Positions 32,331-32,942 of a stretch of DNA of 32,942 bases are shown here, one piece after another (within the stretch, counting starts at the first letter, position 1; the number at the start of each line of letters is the position of its first letter). Made by a program: the position numbers and the translations under genes. Origin of the DNA: an uncultured Gammaproteobacteria bacterium (GTDB taxonomy: Bacteria; Patescibacteriota; Patescibacteriia; UBA9570); assembly GCA_964474735.1 (NCBI GenBank), contig CAYYTZ010000001.1, forward strand, positions 1-32,942, in the 5' to 3' direction. Below the pieces are notes generated by a model that was given only the letters and a program-made list of their open reading frames with translations, did no database searches and had not been told where the DNA came from.

Positions 32331-32909
32331 ATGCGATCTTTGGTTTTTACATTTACACTAGCTTTTACCAGTGTTATTTCGATGGCTGGCTTTTTAAATT
32401 TAGTTGAACAACATTTACTGCCGCAACCTGTGCAAGCTGAAAGCGAAATATCCAAAATGCCCGCTTATGAACAATACACTTCTGAGCGTCTGCCAGTAGA
32501 AACTATCCCAGCAGCGACTTTACCCGTAGCGGCCACGCGACCAAAAATGCGCATCGGACTATTTAGTAGTGATGAGCCGGTAACAATTTCAGTTGCAGCC
32601 GAAAGTCGTGTCTTGGCCGGTGCCGCTCATGCGAAACTAGGCACAATACCAGCTAATGAAGAAATAACTTTGACCTATGATCGGAGCACGGCGCTCTATA
32701 CTGTCAGCAGCAATTCTTTTAGTACAACCAGCGGTGATTACATTAAGATCAAACCAACGCGGGCGAACAAGGTAACTACCATAACTTCCTACACCAACCC
32801 ACCGGATTGGGATACAGCCATCAATGATAATACATTCTATGGAGCAGTTGAATTGCATTATGCCGCAACGACAGATACCATTTGGGTGATTAGACCTGTT
32901 GCCATTTAA
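32331..32909 (+). CDS. Exported protein resembling the N-terminal part of SpoIID/LytB-type proteins (function uncertain)
   Basis: A signal-like N-terminus is followed by MRIGLFSSDEPVTISV... and ...FYGAVELHY...IWVI, which resemble the pre-catalytic beta region of SpoIID family proteins. The ORF stops at 32909, before the conserved catalytic block would appear. Confidence 0.45.
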   Translation: MRSLVFTFTLAFTSVISMAGFLNLVEQHLLPQPVQAESEISKMPAYEQYTSERLPVETIPAATLPVAATRPKMRIGLFSSDEPVTISVAAESRVLAGAAHAKLGTIPANEEITLTYDRSTALYTVSSNSFSTTSGDYIKIKPTRANKVTTITSYTNPPDWDTAINDNTFYGAVELHYAATTDTIWVIRPVAI

Positions 32910-32942
32910 TCTATTCCACAAACAACCCGAACAGAACCGAAG

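Noticed and set aside
1-32942. An alternative genetic code (UGA as Gly or Trp), as in some candidate phyla
   Set aside because: TGA terminates nusB, ORF 11748..12326 and the flippase gene at positions that fit family lengths and gene junctions. Long conserved ORFs read through without in-frame TGA.
32880-32942. A possible frameshift continuing the SpoIID-like ORF past its stop at 32909
   Set aside because: Neither alternative frame after the stop encodes the expected SpoIID catalytic block in the 33 nt that remain. The window ends too soon to judge.

Overview
A 32.9-kb chromosomal segment from a small-genome bacterium. The gene content and style point to a Patescibacteria/CPR-like organism, which is an inference because no rRNA is present to confirm it. 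The supporting traits are compact operons, almost no Shine-Dalgarno sequences, several catalytically degenerate enzyme folds, a LAGLIDADG endonuclease and an envelope glycan cluster. The genetic code is standard, since TGA terminates nusB, ORF 11748..12326 and the flippase gene. I support about 33 protein genes and 5 tRNAs. Housekeeping genes: rpsP plus a KH protein, a short SMC, rnc, nusB, rpmF, a class-III aminotransferase, tpiA, gyrA, rpsA, ftsH, a LOG-family protein, an RluA/D-type pseudouridine synthase and rplS. tRNAs: Ile(TAT), Val(GAC), Leu(GAG), Val(TAC) and Ala(TGC). Accessory genes: a free-standing LAGLIDADG endonuclease and an AAA+/DUF4143 ATPase. Lipid head-group genes: a CDP-alcohol phosphatidyltransferase overlapping a CarS/DUF46-like cytidylyltransferase, plus a distant PHP phosphoesterase fused to a dead copy of that transferase. 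Envelope cluster: amidase, two Wzy_C/O-antigen-ligase-like proteins, a GT4 glycosyltransferase, a Wzx flippase and a SpoIID-like protein. I found no CRISPR array, rRNA, transposase or integrase. The best candidates for new biology are: (1) the PHP/pseudo-transferase fusion, which together with the transferase and CarS-like genes could form a three-step lipid head-group pathway; (2) an SMC with canonical heads but no recognisable hinge; (3) a small membrane-protein ORF packed exactly between two tRNAs; (4) a pervasive leaderless promoter architecture with back-to-back divergent promoters; (5) a near-identical promoter/leader module shared by two cell-wall genes. All calls come from reading the sequence and ORF translations by eye. 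No database searches were run.
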